Source of the DNA: Macrostomum lignano
Taxonomy: Eukaryota
NCBI GenBank assembly: GCA_002269645.1
Contig: NIVC01003873.1
Coordinates: forward strand, 1-64,000
Length of the DNA stretch: 64,000 bases
Direction: 5' to 3'
The notes beneath the pieces are model-generated. The model saw only the letters and a program-made list of their open reading frames with translations. It did not search any database and was not told where the DNA came from. The position numbers and the translations under genes were made by a program. The first letter of the stretch is position 1. The number at the start of each line of letters is the position of its first letter. Shown here one piece after another: positions 35,301 to 45,600 of this stretch.

Positions 35301-38300
35301 CTTGTACTCAACCTGGTCTGTGCAGAGCTACCTATGTTGTCTGCTATCTCTGTGCTATATGACATAATGACATTCTTGTAGCAACAAAACAATCTAAGAA
35401 TATGCTTTTCTTAAGAGGCATTTAAATTTTTAAGTGGCTTTAAGTCTAACAGATAAAAAATCTACCATTCCATTAAATCATTTAATTCCATTTTCTTGAA
35501 ATATCAATTTGGATACAACAAAAGTCACAGCTTACTGTGTATAGATCTTTGAAAAAGTATCCAAGACCATTTGAAAGCTACTTAGGACTTTTGAATTAAA
35601 ATCAAAAGAACTATTCAAGTGTCTATTTAGCAGCTTATTGCCAGAAATACCCAGATTTGCTAATTCGAAACAGAAATACTTCTACCCTAAAAGTGTTTCT
35701 TCTTAAATATAGTAGTGAAACAATAGAGCAGAGATGTGTAAGCTTGAAACAAAAAACCAAGAAGTTAAATTGGTTGATAGATTATTTAACAATATTGACA
35801 ATTTATTTAAGCAGAAACACCTAGCTGCTGCTCATTGCCATTGCCTAGTGTGTTTCAACAATATGTTGTTGCTAAATGCAGCTGTGACTTATGGCCATGT
35901 TGTTTGTACCTTTTTTGCCCATTGACTTACTTCTATAATTGCAGTTACCTTGCTTGGTTTGTTATCAAGTTGTGTTTTAATATTCCTATCTTCATTTACA
36001 TACATGCGCAACTGCTGGCCGACCTGGCTGATCTGGCCACCGTAAATTGTGGTGGACAAGGGGTAAGTCACAAAAATGCCCAGCCTAAAGAATACAGATG
36101 TAGTACTAATTGGATGACGAGGCATTTAGCCCTTATAAGACAGTCATAGTTACTCCTGCCGTTTACCCAAAATTGCGTTAGGGTTTCTTTCACAGGTAGG
36201 TCGCATTTTTGGTCAAAAAGTAAGTCCCACGGCCAGTGTAAATCAGGGGGGTTGCGCATGTATGTTCATTTATAAACTTAATTATTAGACTTGCAAATTT
36301 GCACATTTTCATAGAGATAAAAGCAAAAATTAAAAAATTAGGGAATTCAAAGCCAGCCTCCAGTTACAGCCTGGAGATAATATTATAGCCATAAGATTAT
36401 AACTTTTTATAATGAAATGTACCTACTCTTAGCAGTCTTCAATTTTTCAAAACTTATCTTTTTCAAAGTTTCATTTCCTTAAAAAGCAGCTTTAATTTAT
36501 GGTACACTTTTTAGGGGAAAAAAGTTTGAGAACATGATAATGCCCTATTTATATTCTTCAGTCTTAATGATTAATTCTAGCACAAAAATATTATTTATAT
36601 GTTTACATTAAGTGCAAAATGGCTTATTTACTGTTAATGCAACATTTTTATCTCTATATTTGTGCTAGCATTTTTTAATTTTTATATATTTTTAGTTGTA
36701 GTATATAATCTTTATTGTTAAGACTACTTAATTTTTTCAACCACCCTTTCAAATGTAGCTTTATCTGTACTTCTTAATTTGATAATGTTACAAAACAGCA
36801 TAATATCCTTTATAGAATTTTGCTTTGTTGTACATCATACTGCTATTTAAAGATATTATAAACAATGTTGCTTTGCCTTAAAATGCAAAGTTAAGAATTT
36901 CAAATAAACTTACTGGAGCAAGGTTAGGCCTACCAAAGGAGAGCTTAACAAAGTTTAGGACAAAGATGCCAGTTTTGGAAAATTTCTTTCTTTATTCCAG
37001 TGTTCACTGTTTTAATTTCATATAGTTCCATTTACTTTTTAACAGTTAATAAAATATGAAGGTGGCTGCTAAATCAATTTGTGACTTTTTGAGCCTGTGA
37101 TGGTGACTGCTAAATGAGTTTTTAGTTATGTGAATTTATATTAGCCTAATGTGATAATTGCTGAATTTTTTGACAATATGATTTTTTAAGATTGTGTTAA
37201 TGGTTGCTAAATCAATTTTTCAATGATGTAACTTTTTAAGCTTGTGCCTTTTTGAGCTTATGAGGAAGGCCCTTCTCGTCTTATGTAAAAAATTCAATTG
37301 CTAGTACACATTTCAAACTTGCGCTAAAACTAAGAATGACATTTTGTTTTACTATTTATGTTTTCCAAAATATTTTCACGATTTTTTTTGTTAAAACTAG
37401 ACCTAAAAATTGGTATCAATAGAAGCAAATTTTGCATGAGAGAGGAGCAACCAGTTCGGTCTCATTTCATGACTTGCTCTTGCAGCTTAAACGGTAAAAT
37501 AGTTAAGAAGTGTTTCGAGTAAATATTGAAAAGTGTTTTCCAATTTTTTCATTTGCTGAAGTAAGAATGAAGTAGAGGGAAGTGTGTACCATATATATTA
37601 CTGAGAAGGAAAGTATTGAGTGGTAAGAGAATTACGAAGTAGATCTAGATCAATATATGCAAAATAACCAGAGGCTGTGACCCTCTGATCTCGGTACCGC
37701 CCAGGACTTGGAAAGTACATACAATATGTATACCAGTAAAGCCAATATAATGCTTAGGCCAAATCATTAGAACACTACTAGGAACATTGTAAATGCTACC
37801 AGAATAATAGAAAAGAAATACTTATAATGACTGAATAATATACTTAGACATATTCTAAGAAACATTCTCAGACTTATTCTAAGATTAATAAACTTATAAT
37901 TTATTAATAAAATAGTCTTGGTGGCAGCTACCAACATTAGAACAATTTATAAAGACAGAAGTCAAACCCTATAACAACTTAGTGATAGTTGGGGAATCAT
38001 TTGTAGAGACAGAAGTTACCCCTAGCATACTTATAATACTAATAATGGTTGCTAAATCAATTTTATATGAAAGTTATGAAAACTTTTGTTTTTGTATCAT
38101 TTTCAACTTACACTATACTTACTGGAGTCTTTATCTAGGGGCTATAGGCCTATTCCAGAAGGCATACATCATGTCAGAAATTTGTGGCATGCATTTAGTT
38201 TGGTCTAAAAATTGTGGCATGCATTAGCATATATTTGGGTATTGCATACCAAAAGTGGCATGTTGGCATTCTATAGCATGGAATACCTGGTGTATAGTAT

Positions 38301-38992
38301 GGCCTGGCATGATAGTGGGACATGTTTTGTTGAGACAAGTTTATGAAAAGACATGGTATAATGAAGACATAAATTCATACTTTTTTCCAAATTGACAAGT
38401 AAATTTTAATGTGCCAAAAAGAACCACTGTATATTTGCATGCTACAAAAGTTTTTAAAAACATTAAAACATCATAATATGCTTTTTTGAAGTGCATTTTT
38501 CAATGTAAAAAGTTGCATGTTTTTTATAAAATATTAGTTTGGCTAATCTACTTGGCACCGGCGTGCATCTACTTGGCACTGGCTGGCATGCATTGGTTCA
38601 GAGCATTCCGGTGTGCACTCAACATGATCTGGACTTTGGAGTATGGCATGGCCTATGGGCTTAATAGACAACTAACAAGACAACTATTAGGCCTAGCCAT
38701 ATCAATTATTATAAATATAATATAGCAAAGCAAAAAATATATATGACATCATTTTAAAACAATCAATCTATACTCATATTTCAAACTCAAAGATCATTCA
38801 AAAATGATTTATAAAACCATGCTTACCATTTAATTTAGCAGTTAGCTCATCAATATGTTTTTCATAGACCTCTGTTTCATGTGAATAAGCAGCTAATTCT
38901 TTTTTCTGCTTCCAGTTGATATGAATAGTATAAACAAAAACAAATGAAACAAGAATGATAAAGATGGCGATGTTTCGGGTGTTCATTCTCAT
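14306..38992 (-). CDS. GOLIM4/GPP130-like type II membrane coiled-coil protein; predicted exons 38992-38827, 16258-16184, 14976-14306 (~303 aa)
   Basis: All junctions are GT-AG and phase-compatible (phase 1/1). Joined protein: MRMNTRNIAIFIILVSFVFVYTIHINW (signal anchor)...YEKHIDELTAKLN-E-CTERKQQWGIKFENEKKRATDLQT-A-LDASRS... then a long heptad coiled coil and a cluster of N-glycosylation sequons (NST, NAT, NQT, NNT, NMT). 'YEKHIDELTAKLNECTERK' resembles GOLIM4 'YQQHQESLSAQLQVVYEHR' (recalled from memory). Confidence 0.65.
15041..16015. repeat. 33-bp intronic minisatellite, ~29 copies
   Basis: Unit CTGAATATCTAGGGACTGGGGCTTTCTAAGAAT; lies in predicted intron 14977-16183. Confidence 0.95.
16850..17176. 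mobile_element. hAT (Charlie-like) MITE with GA-rich interior
   Basis: TIRs CAGGGATTAGCAAACT / AGTTTGCAAACCCTG; 8-bp TSD CTCTAGAG (16842-16849) vs CTTTAGAG (17177-17184), matching the NTCTAGAN preference of Charlie-type hATs. Confidence 0.8.
18296..21569. repeat. 183-bp satellite, ~18 near-identical monomers in an 8-monomer higher-order repeat
   Basis: The TATACATTTAAATGG anchor recurs every 183 bp (18301, 18484, ... 21411, with one 182-bp step). Diagnostic variants recur every 8 units. Confidence 0.97.
22830..23143. mobile_element. Foldback/MITE-like element with ~90-bp inverted arms
   Basis: 22830-22919 (CACAGACCATATAGAATATAGACTGCGAATCTCGGGGGCCTGCCCAGGCGCG...) is the near-perfect reverse complement of 23053-23143, with a ~130-bp spacer. 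Flanks GGTTGTGG / GGTTGCAG may be a decayed TSD. Confidence 0.75.
25605..27575 (-). CDS. EnSpm/CACTA (CMC)-class DDE transposase, 656 aa, intact
   Basis: Motifs NSDGLPLFKSSQFGLWPIL (D1), FVCDAPARAYICGILGHTAYAGCGYC (D2 plus H/CxxC), FPVEFQHAVCLGAVRK, FKASEYRQFLLYLGP, YNIHALLHF and FPFENYLGAIKR (E), as in metazoan EnSpm-like transposases. AAAAAATG start context. Confidence 0.9.
   Translation of the reverse strand: MSWTIRRKANKFVLDLLDEQPKEATDENMVLKKAKTEEEIEPIAFDASVTRKACFDELRSPPESESEEEDADDEDKRSFEEKLEALLILFFILYKVPRDGVKLLLGGLRKLGVQAPRSKYMIDKILKGEKTDTSLEPMGEGQFRYFGIGENLQMLLKKGLLNLTRPDDLHSTNESRVYMYSFCALFNSDGLPLFKSSQFGLWPILMMIPDAFPRPFPVGIYAGKGKPPLQAYLREFCNEAKKFLSAPVRISKSVQITISAIRFVCDAPARAYICGILGHTAYAGCGYCRAVGIHFKKRMTFSTVVGESRCGEMYRAGQESNQQRKTGNIIMSPLLQLPNVDFVNSFPVEFQHAVCLGAVRKFFYFYFDPEGGRKVKKDQISHLSDRIAALTKYTPSNFQRRPRRLSDLKFFKASEYRQFLLYLGPVLFKGFLPELLYNHFLLLHFAMYVYSSDRHTKYWDQAKSSVEVFVEQTAIYFGQEAISYNIHALLHFDQFVRLYGNINSFTTFPFENYLGAIKRRIKVTRHLAAHSVNEIVCVRNLMHDDPVKPLKYSSKMGDNACFIRNICVLIEHITEERVATGRVLKPEGEIYSQPYSSMRLGIGFYGLTEEVLIGKPEWKCWLLPKSVADSTSSASRPEADETGLFYVVPLAGGDCN
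27576..27937. promoter_or_regulatory. Bidirectional promoter region of the transposon genes
   Basis: 362 bp between two divergent ATGs; contains a CCAAT box (~27792) and four G-runs (27722-27756). Confidence 0.5.
27938..30353 (+). CDS. Transposon accessory gene with DUF4806/BEN-like C-terminal domain; predicted exons 27938-28123, 28253-28423, 28531-28708, 28813-29378, 29497-29701, 29884-30353 (~591 aa)
   Basis: Five GT-AG introns with compatible phases give 1776 nt ending in TGA. The segment 'MTLREMLNYALTAEMQKVVNFNGR...FLRWFQDAMNTIYG...TKDEVRKTCMNMLKHAADR' fits the DUF4806 pattern seen beside EnSpm-like transposases. A short coiled coil (IAGLRSEVAGLRSEV) and a Q/P-rich tail are also present. 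Confidence 0.7.
31159..31330. repeat. 52-bp tandem repeat (~3 copies) with internal palindromes
   Basis: Unit CCAGATAAATGAATGGCTCTTTTCTATTGGTTTAGCCATTTATTTGGCCAGG; hairpin ATTTATCTGG-CCCAG-CCAGATAAAT at 31159-31183. Confidence 0.85.
34190..34620 (+). pseudogene. Decayed MULE (Mutator-like) transposase domain
   Basis: Frameshifted reading: 'VFADGTFHVFLTFY*MLTV', 'FLPCFLALLIGKNKAVY', 'LMNDFELALYDSFIEAFPYSKAHGYWFHFM*AILFKFKKMGL', matching MULE DGTF / DFE..AL / GC.FH..QA motifs. Confidence 0.8.
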
Positions 38993-39879
38993 TACGGAAA
39001 AAATTAACTGTAAGTTGTGATAGAATAGATTGTTTCCTAACTTAAGACAGGAGACAATCTGAATCAGGACAGGACAGTAGGCCTATGAACAATTTTTTTA
39101 AGCTTTTTCCTATCCTTAACTTATTATTATTTTATTTGAAATGAAAATACTGACGAAGAATTTAGTTAAAGATGTGGCAGTTACCAGCTTACCAGTTAGC
39201 GGTCACAGTGTCTGTGACTGTCACCATTCGATCACTAAAAAAGGATTTCCTCGAATTTTTCAAAGCTGCTATTGATGATAATTTAATTTTTGTAACGTAC
39301 TTTTTTGGCAGCTTTTAATTATTTAAATGTGTTTATTTTGATTAAATCTATAAAAAGTGCTTAGCTAAATAATATATTGGCTATGGTCGATTGTGTTTTT
39401 GTTAAACTGCTCTGCTCAAATTAGCTGTACCGGGTTAAATGATTAGTAGGCTTTTCATATTACCGAATCCAAAACCAGTATCGGTTCGAAGCTTTTCATT
39501 TTGTCTGTTCCGTTTTCAGAATCGGTTCCAGAACCGTGATCCGATTCTGGAATTCTGTTTGAGAAATTTTCTTCATCAATTTGTCATGTATATTTTTCAC
39601 ATTTTAACAGTATAAAATATATATTTGAAATCGTCAATTTTTTATTATTGATATATTTGTACTCTGTTTTTTGTCGTATCCAAGACGAAGCAAAGTCAAG
39701 GAAAGACAAAATTTAATTATAAAGACTGACAAGCATAAAATAGGTTCGAAGCTTTTCGATCATTTTCCTACCGATTCTGGTTCTGGAATTGGAATTATTC
39801 TGGTTCTGGAACCAATCTTCGTGAAAAGCCTATAGGAGCAGAGCTTTAATAGCCTTGCTTTAACGCAACAAAAAATGCC

Positions 39880-41270
39880 ACAGTGCGGAAAATTGAACCA
39901 CTTCAGTCGATGCTGCCGCAGCAAAGCACTCCAAGTCGAAGAGCACACAAGATAGTCATGATCTACGCGGTGCATGGCAGCGACGATATCCCAGTCGAGC
40001 TTCAACTGGGAAACTGCTCGGAGTCTCTCAGCCTGAATGGTCGACTGCGGCGCCAAAGTCTCTCTGCTCAACGAGGCTACGGCGAGAAGTCTGGGCGACA
40101 TCGATCTGAAGCCATCGGCAGTGCAGCTAGCTACGAGCTTACGGCGGAAAGAAGATCGCCGTCGAGGGGCTCGCAACAGTCGGCGTCGAGTACTGCAGCC
40201 AAGAACTGCAACAAGACTTTCACGTCACTAGGTCGGGCGAAAATATCGTCGGCCGCGATCTGATGCAGAAGCAGGGCATATCCAAGTGCCACTCAAGCCT
40301 CACGATGTCAACATCGGAATTGTCAACGTGGACATCTCCAGCGAGTTACCAGCGGTCTTCGACGTATTAATTGGTCGATCTCTGCAGAGAGGAGCGGTGC
40401 ATTAACCGAGGATCGACACGGCTGTGCCACCAGTGCAGCAGCCGCTGCGCCGCCTGCCACTCGCCAAGCAGCAACAGATCGGTAAGGAACTTGACCGTCT
40501 GGAGGCAGCAGGCATCATCGAGCGGGTCAACTTAAGCCCATGGATTTCTAATCTGGTCGTAGCGAACAAGAAGGACGGCAGAATTCGAGTGTGCATCGAC
40601 GTGCGCGAAGCAAATAAGTCGCTGATCATCGACGACACCCGATGCCGCAGCTGGACGAGATCTCCGCGAAGATCAAGGCGGCCGGCAGCCGCATGTTCTT
40701 CAAGATCGACCTCAAGGCGGGCTACATATACATGCAAATGCAGCTACATGAGTCATCACGTGACCTGACGGGGCTTGTACCGTTACTTCCGGGTGCCGTT
40801 TGGCCTAGCGTCTGCTCCGGCGGCCTTCCAGAGGATGCTGGACGACCTGATGGCTCATCTGCCTCACCGTCAACAAGGACCGGCTCCGCTGCAGCCCCTG
40901 CCATGGCCAGATTCGCCGTGGACAGAGATCGCCATCGACATCGTGGATGAACTGCAGGCAGCGCCGGCGTCGTCACGATTCCTACTGGTCATCACGAATC
41001 TGCACAGCAAGTGGCCGGAGGACTTCAAGGTCTGTAAGGTGCTACGCAGCCTGTTCGCACGCTGGGGCCTCTGCGAGAAGGTCCTCACCGACAACGGACC
41101 TCAGTTCGGCGACGCCTTCACCGGGTCCTGCGAGAGCGGGGCATCCAACACCTGAAGACTTGTCCGTACCAACTGAGCACCAAAGGCCAAACCGAGCGGC
41201 TCAACAGGTCCCTGATGGACAGCATTCGAGCGTCTAGAGCCGACAACGTGCCGATCTACCATAAGTACCA
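39880..41270 (+). mobile_element. Internally deleted Ty3/Gypsy pol remnant (protease, partial RT, partial integrase)
   Basis: 'MVDCGAKVSLL' (protease); 'QPLRRLPLA...SPWISNLVVANKKDGRIRVCIDVREAN', 'KIDLKAGY' and 'YRYFRVPFGLASAPAAFQ' (RT); 'PAPLQPLPWPDSPWTEIAIDIV' and 'LTDNGPQF' (integrase). Frameshifted; YxDD and RNase H absent; no LTRs recognised. Confidence 0.85.
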
Positions 41271-42684
41271 TAAGTATGGTATAACGTAAATGCTAACTTT
41301 ATCATTATTATTAGTGTCTTTTACGTATACTGCCACTTTCAGTAGAGTAGTTGAAAAAATAACTGTATAATGTATTATTGATCACGTGAAATCTCTGGCG
41401 ATCTTTAATTTATCGATCCTGTGGTGTTTCTAAGATGACTAAAATATAATAAAGAAACTGTGCGCACCTGGCACATTACTTTCATCTACAACTATTACAA
41501 CTACGCTCGTATTACAACTATTAACACAAAACAAACCTGTTATCCTTTCTTCTCTCTTCTCCCATCTTCTCTCTCCCATTTCGATCTTTTCGCTCTTCTC
41601 TCTTCTATTCTCTTAATTCGGTCTCTCTCCTCTCTTCCCTCTACTTTCCACTTCTGGCCTTGCAGCCAGGTAGAAAATTTGACAACACCAGCAAAAAAGC
41701 TATCTACCCCAGCTCAGTTGGTTGAATGCATGCAGTTTCATTTTTCAGACGAATTTTTCTGTCTAAGTATTATCCTAGCTGTCGCAAATACTGTACCTAA
41801 TAAATTGATGTAATTGCATTAATTCTGCTAATAATCCATTTGAGAGAACACTGTACATGTACCTTAATTCGCCTTTTCCTGTCTCCAACAGATACTGTAC
41901 ATTGTACATTAACCCAACAACTTCAACAATGACAATTCGGTACATGTACATGTATGACCTCAACTCAATGTTACGTAATAGTAACCGAAGGAGGGCTTCG
42001 GACACCCTGACGCCAACGCCTTCGCGGCGACATCGTCCCTCACTACCAGCGCTGAGGCAATTCTGCCGCCCATTCCACTGACTCCTGCATGAGCACATAC
42101 ATGTACTGTACGCATGCACGCACTTGTACACACGCTCACACAGGGTGTACATATGTACGGCGGCCCTGACTTTCTAAGTCTCAAGCATGTGCAAGCTCTC
42201 TCTGTGCCTTGGGGGTTGGCCCAATTTCAAGGCACAATTGGGGGTTGGACAATTTTCGAACACACAAGCCCCAAGATAATGTGGCCGCGCACCGAATCGA
42301 ACCAGGAGTCATGTGGCGTATATCATAATATGCCACTCTATATATACTTGAAAATAAATTTAAATTGTGCCTAGAGAGACTTTAATGTCAATTTAGTAAC
42401 CGAAAATAGCCCTAAGATTATTAGGCATGACTCCAATTTACATGTAAACTATGGATTAGTCGATTTTGTTTATTTCTACAGGTCTACCAAGTTTATCCAT
42501 ATATAGTTCTATTATTAGAAATTTTATTGCTAAAATTCGGCAAGCCACTTCCGGGAAGTTGGTTACGAACAGCCACAAATACCTTGATTTCTTGGGTCTG
42601 GGTCGATAAGTTGCATCGAAAACTGTGAAAGCATTTAGGTTGAAAAAGGAACCTAAATTGATCACAGCATTATACGGAACGAAA

Positions 42685-45600
42685 ATGCGTTGGCAAGTCT
42701 TTTTATTCTTAGTTTCAATTGCTCCTATCGTTTCTCCACTGAGACATAATCCAGTGGATTTTACTGAAGGTAAGTTTGCAATTTGTCAGTGCGAAACTCT
42801 CGGGTGCGGTGAGATCGTGCTTAGATTGAAGAACCTACATTCTGATTTGAGATTCATATGGTAGCTTGGAGAGTCAGATGGTAGCTTCGAGAGTCAGATG
42901 GTATAGCTTGAATCGGGCGAGTCAGATGTTAGCTTGGAGAGTCAGAAGGTAGCTTAAAATGGGAGAGTCAGATGATAGCCTGGGATAGTCAGATGGTAGC
43001 TTGAAATGGGAGAGTCAGATGGTAGCTTGAAATGGGAGAGTCAGATGGTAGCTTGAAATGGGAGAGTCAGATGATAGCTTGAAATGGGAGAGTCAGATGA
43101 TAGCTTGAAATGGGAGAGTCAGATGGTAGCTTGAAATGGGAGAGTCAGATGATAGCTTGAAATGGGAGAGTCAGATGGTAGCTTGAAATGGGAGAGTCAG
43201 ATGATAGATTGGGAGAGTCAGATGGTAGCTTGGAGAGTCAGATTGTAGCTTGAGAGAATCAGACGGTAGCTTGGGAGAGTCAGACGGTAGCTTGGGAGAG
43301 TCAGATGATTGATTGGGAGAGTCATATGGTAGCTTGGGAGGGTCAGATGGTAGCTTGGGAGAGTCAGATGGTAGCTTGGGAGAGTCAGATGATTGATTGG
43401 GAGAGTCATATGGTAGCTTGGGAGGGTCAGATGGTAGCTTGGGAGAGTCAGATTGTAGCTTGGGAGAATCAGACGGTAGCTTGGGAGAGTCAGACGGTAG
43501 CTTGTGAGAGTCAGACGGTAGCTTGTGAGAGTCAGATGGTAGCTTGGGAGAGTCAGATGGTAGCTTGGGAGAGTCAAATTGTAGCTTGGGAGAGTCAGAC
43601 GGTAGCTTGGGATAGTCAGACGGTTAGCTTGGGAGAGTCAGATGGTAGCTTGGGAGAGTCAGATGGTAGCTTGGGAGAGTCAGATGGTAGCTTGGGAGAG
43701 TCAGATTGTAGCTTGGGAGAGTCAGATGGTAGCTTGAAATGGGAGAGTCAGATGGTAGCTTGGGAGAGTCAGATGGTAGCTTGGGAGAGTCAGATGGTAG
43801 CTTGGGAGAGTCAGATGGTAGCTTGGGAGAGTCAGATGGTAGCTTGCGATAGTCAGATGGTAGCTTGGGAGAGTCAGATGGTAGCTTGGGAGAGTCAGAT
43901 GGTAGCTTGGGAGAATCAGATGGTATGCCTACTTGGCTTCTTTTGGTAAATCTCAGGTGGAAAATGAAAAAAAATTGCTGTGCAGAAAATGAAAATGGCA
44001 CAATTTTGATTGACAGCCCAGAGCAGGTGGTGAATCTGTTCCCACTTCCAGATCGCCTGTACATCACTCCGAACAGCATCGCTGACTGCTGGCAGTCATC
44101 CAGCTACAGCCAATCGGTTCGCGCTGAATCGACCTGTTTTAAAAACTACAGCCAACTGACTGTCCCGATTGGTACAAGCAGTTTTTTCCGGTCCGGAACC
44201 GGCGATCATTGGTTTGCAGTTCGATTGCGTCATAGAGAAATTGTGACTTCTGTTACCGTGTGGAATAAAGGTAGATTAGCTAACACTGCTTTCAAATAAA
44301 TATTTAAACTTGGCATAGAAGTTACAGCACTAAATTATTATTATTTGATGACTAACTAGACCTGGAGGCGCCAAATGGTAGATTGAGGCGCCAAATTATA
44401 GATTGAGGCACTAAATGGTAGATTGGGCGCCAAATAGTAGATTTGGGCGCCAAATGGTAGATTGAGACGTCAAAGGGTAGATTGGGCGCCAAATAGTAGA
44501 TTTGGGCGCCAAATGGTAGATTGAGGCGCTAAATGGTAGATTGACGCGTCAAATAGTAGATTGAGGCGCTAAATGGTAGATTGAGGCGCTAAATGGTAGA
44601 TTGAGGCGCTAAATGATAGATTGAGGCGCTAAATGGTAGATTTGGGCGCTAAATGGTAGATTGACGCGTCAAATAGTAGATTGAGGCGCTAAATGGTAGA
44701 TTGACGCGTCAAATAGTAGATTGAGGCGCTAAATGGTAGATTGAGGCGCTAAATGGTAGATTGAGGCGCTAAATGATAGATTGAGGCGCTAAATGGTAGA
44801 TTTGGGCACTAAATGGTAGATTGACGCGTCAAATAGTAGATTGAGGCGCTAAATGGTAGATTGAGGCGCTAAATGGTAGATTGAGGCGCTAAATGGTAGA
44901 TTGAGGCGTCAAAGGGTAGATTGAGGTGCCAAATGGTAAATTAAGGCGCCAAATGGTAGATTGACGCGTCAAATAGTAGATTTGGGCGCCAATTGGTAGA
45001 TTGAGGCGTCAAAGGGTAGATTGGGCGCCAAATAGTAGATTTGGGCGCCAAATGGTAGATTGAGGCGCTAAATGGTAGATTGAGGCGTCAAATAGTAGAT
45101 TGAGGCGCTAAATGATAGATTGAGGCGCTAAATGGTAGATTGCGGCGCCAAATGGTAGATTAAGAGGCGCCAACTGGTAGGTCGAGGCGCCAATAGGTAG
45201 ATTAAGTATTAACTAACTTTTGTTGCAGAAACTTTGAGAAATTCTGACCAGCAAGCAAATTTGCTGACCCAATCGGACAACATCGAAGTCTGGCTTTCGT
45301 CTCAATTATTCGACTTTGGTTCTGAGCACTGCTTTGCAGGAGATCTGCCCCTTGCCATAGAGACTCCCACATGGCACCATTGCGGCGTCACTAATCTCAC
45401 TGCAACCACCGTTTCTTGCCACAATTATCAGGTGAGCGACAGTTAATTACTTTTTAAAGTACACGTTGAACTTTTATGTCTAACTAAAGTTCTCGCACTT
45501 TCGCAGGCTGTCATGATGCTGCTAAGAAAGCGAGTGATTGACGAGTCCCAAGCGTTAAGGCAAGCCATGAGTTTCACCAACCTGTGGCTGCACAGAATCG

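Noticed and set aside
43950-43960. Stronger-looking acceptor TCTCAG at 43956 for receptor exon 2
   Set aside because: Phase-incompatible with exon 1 (gives an immediate TGA); 43985 was used instead. An unseen micro-exon could change this.
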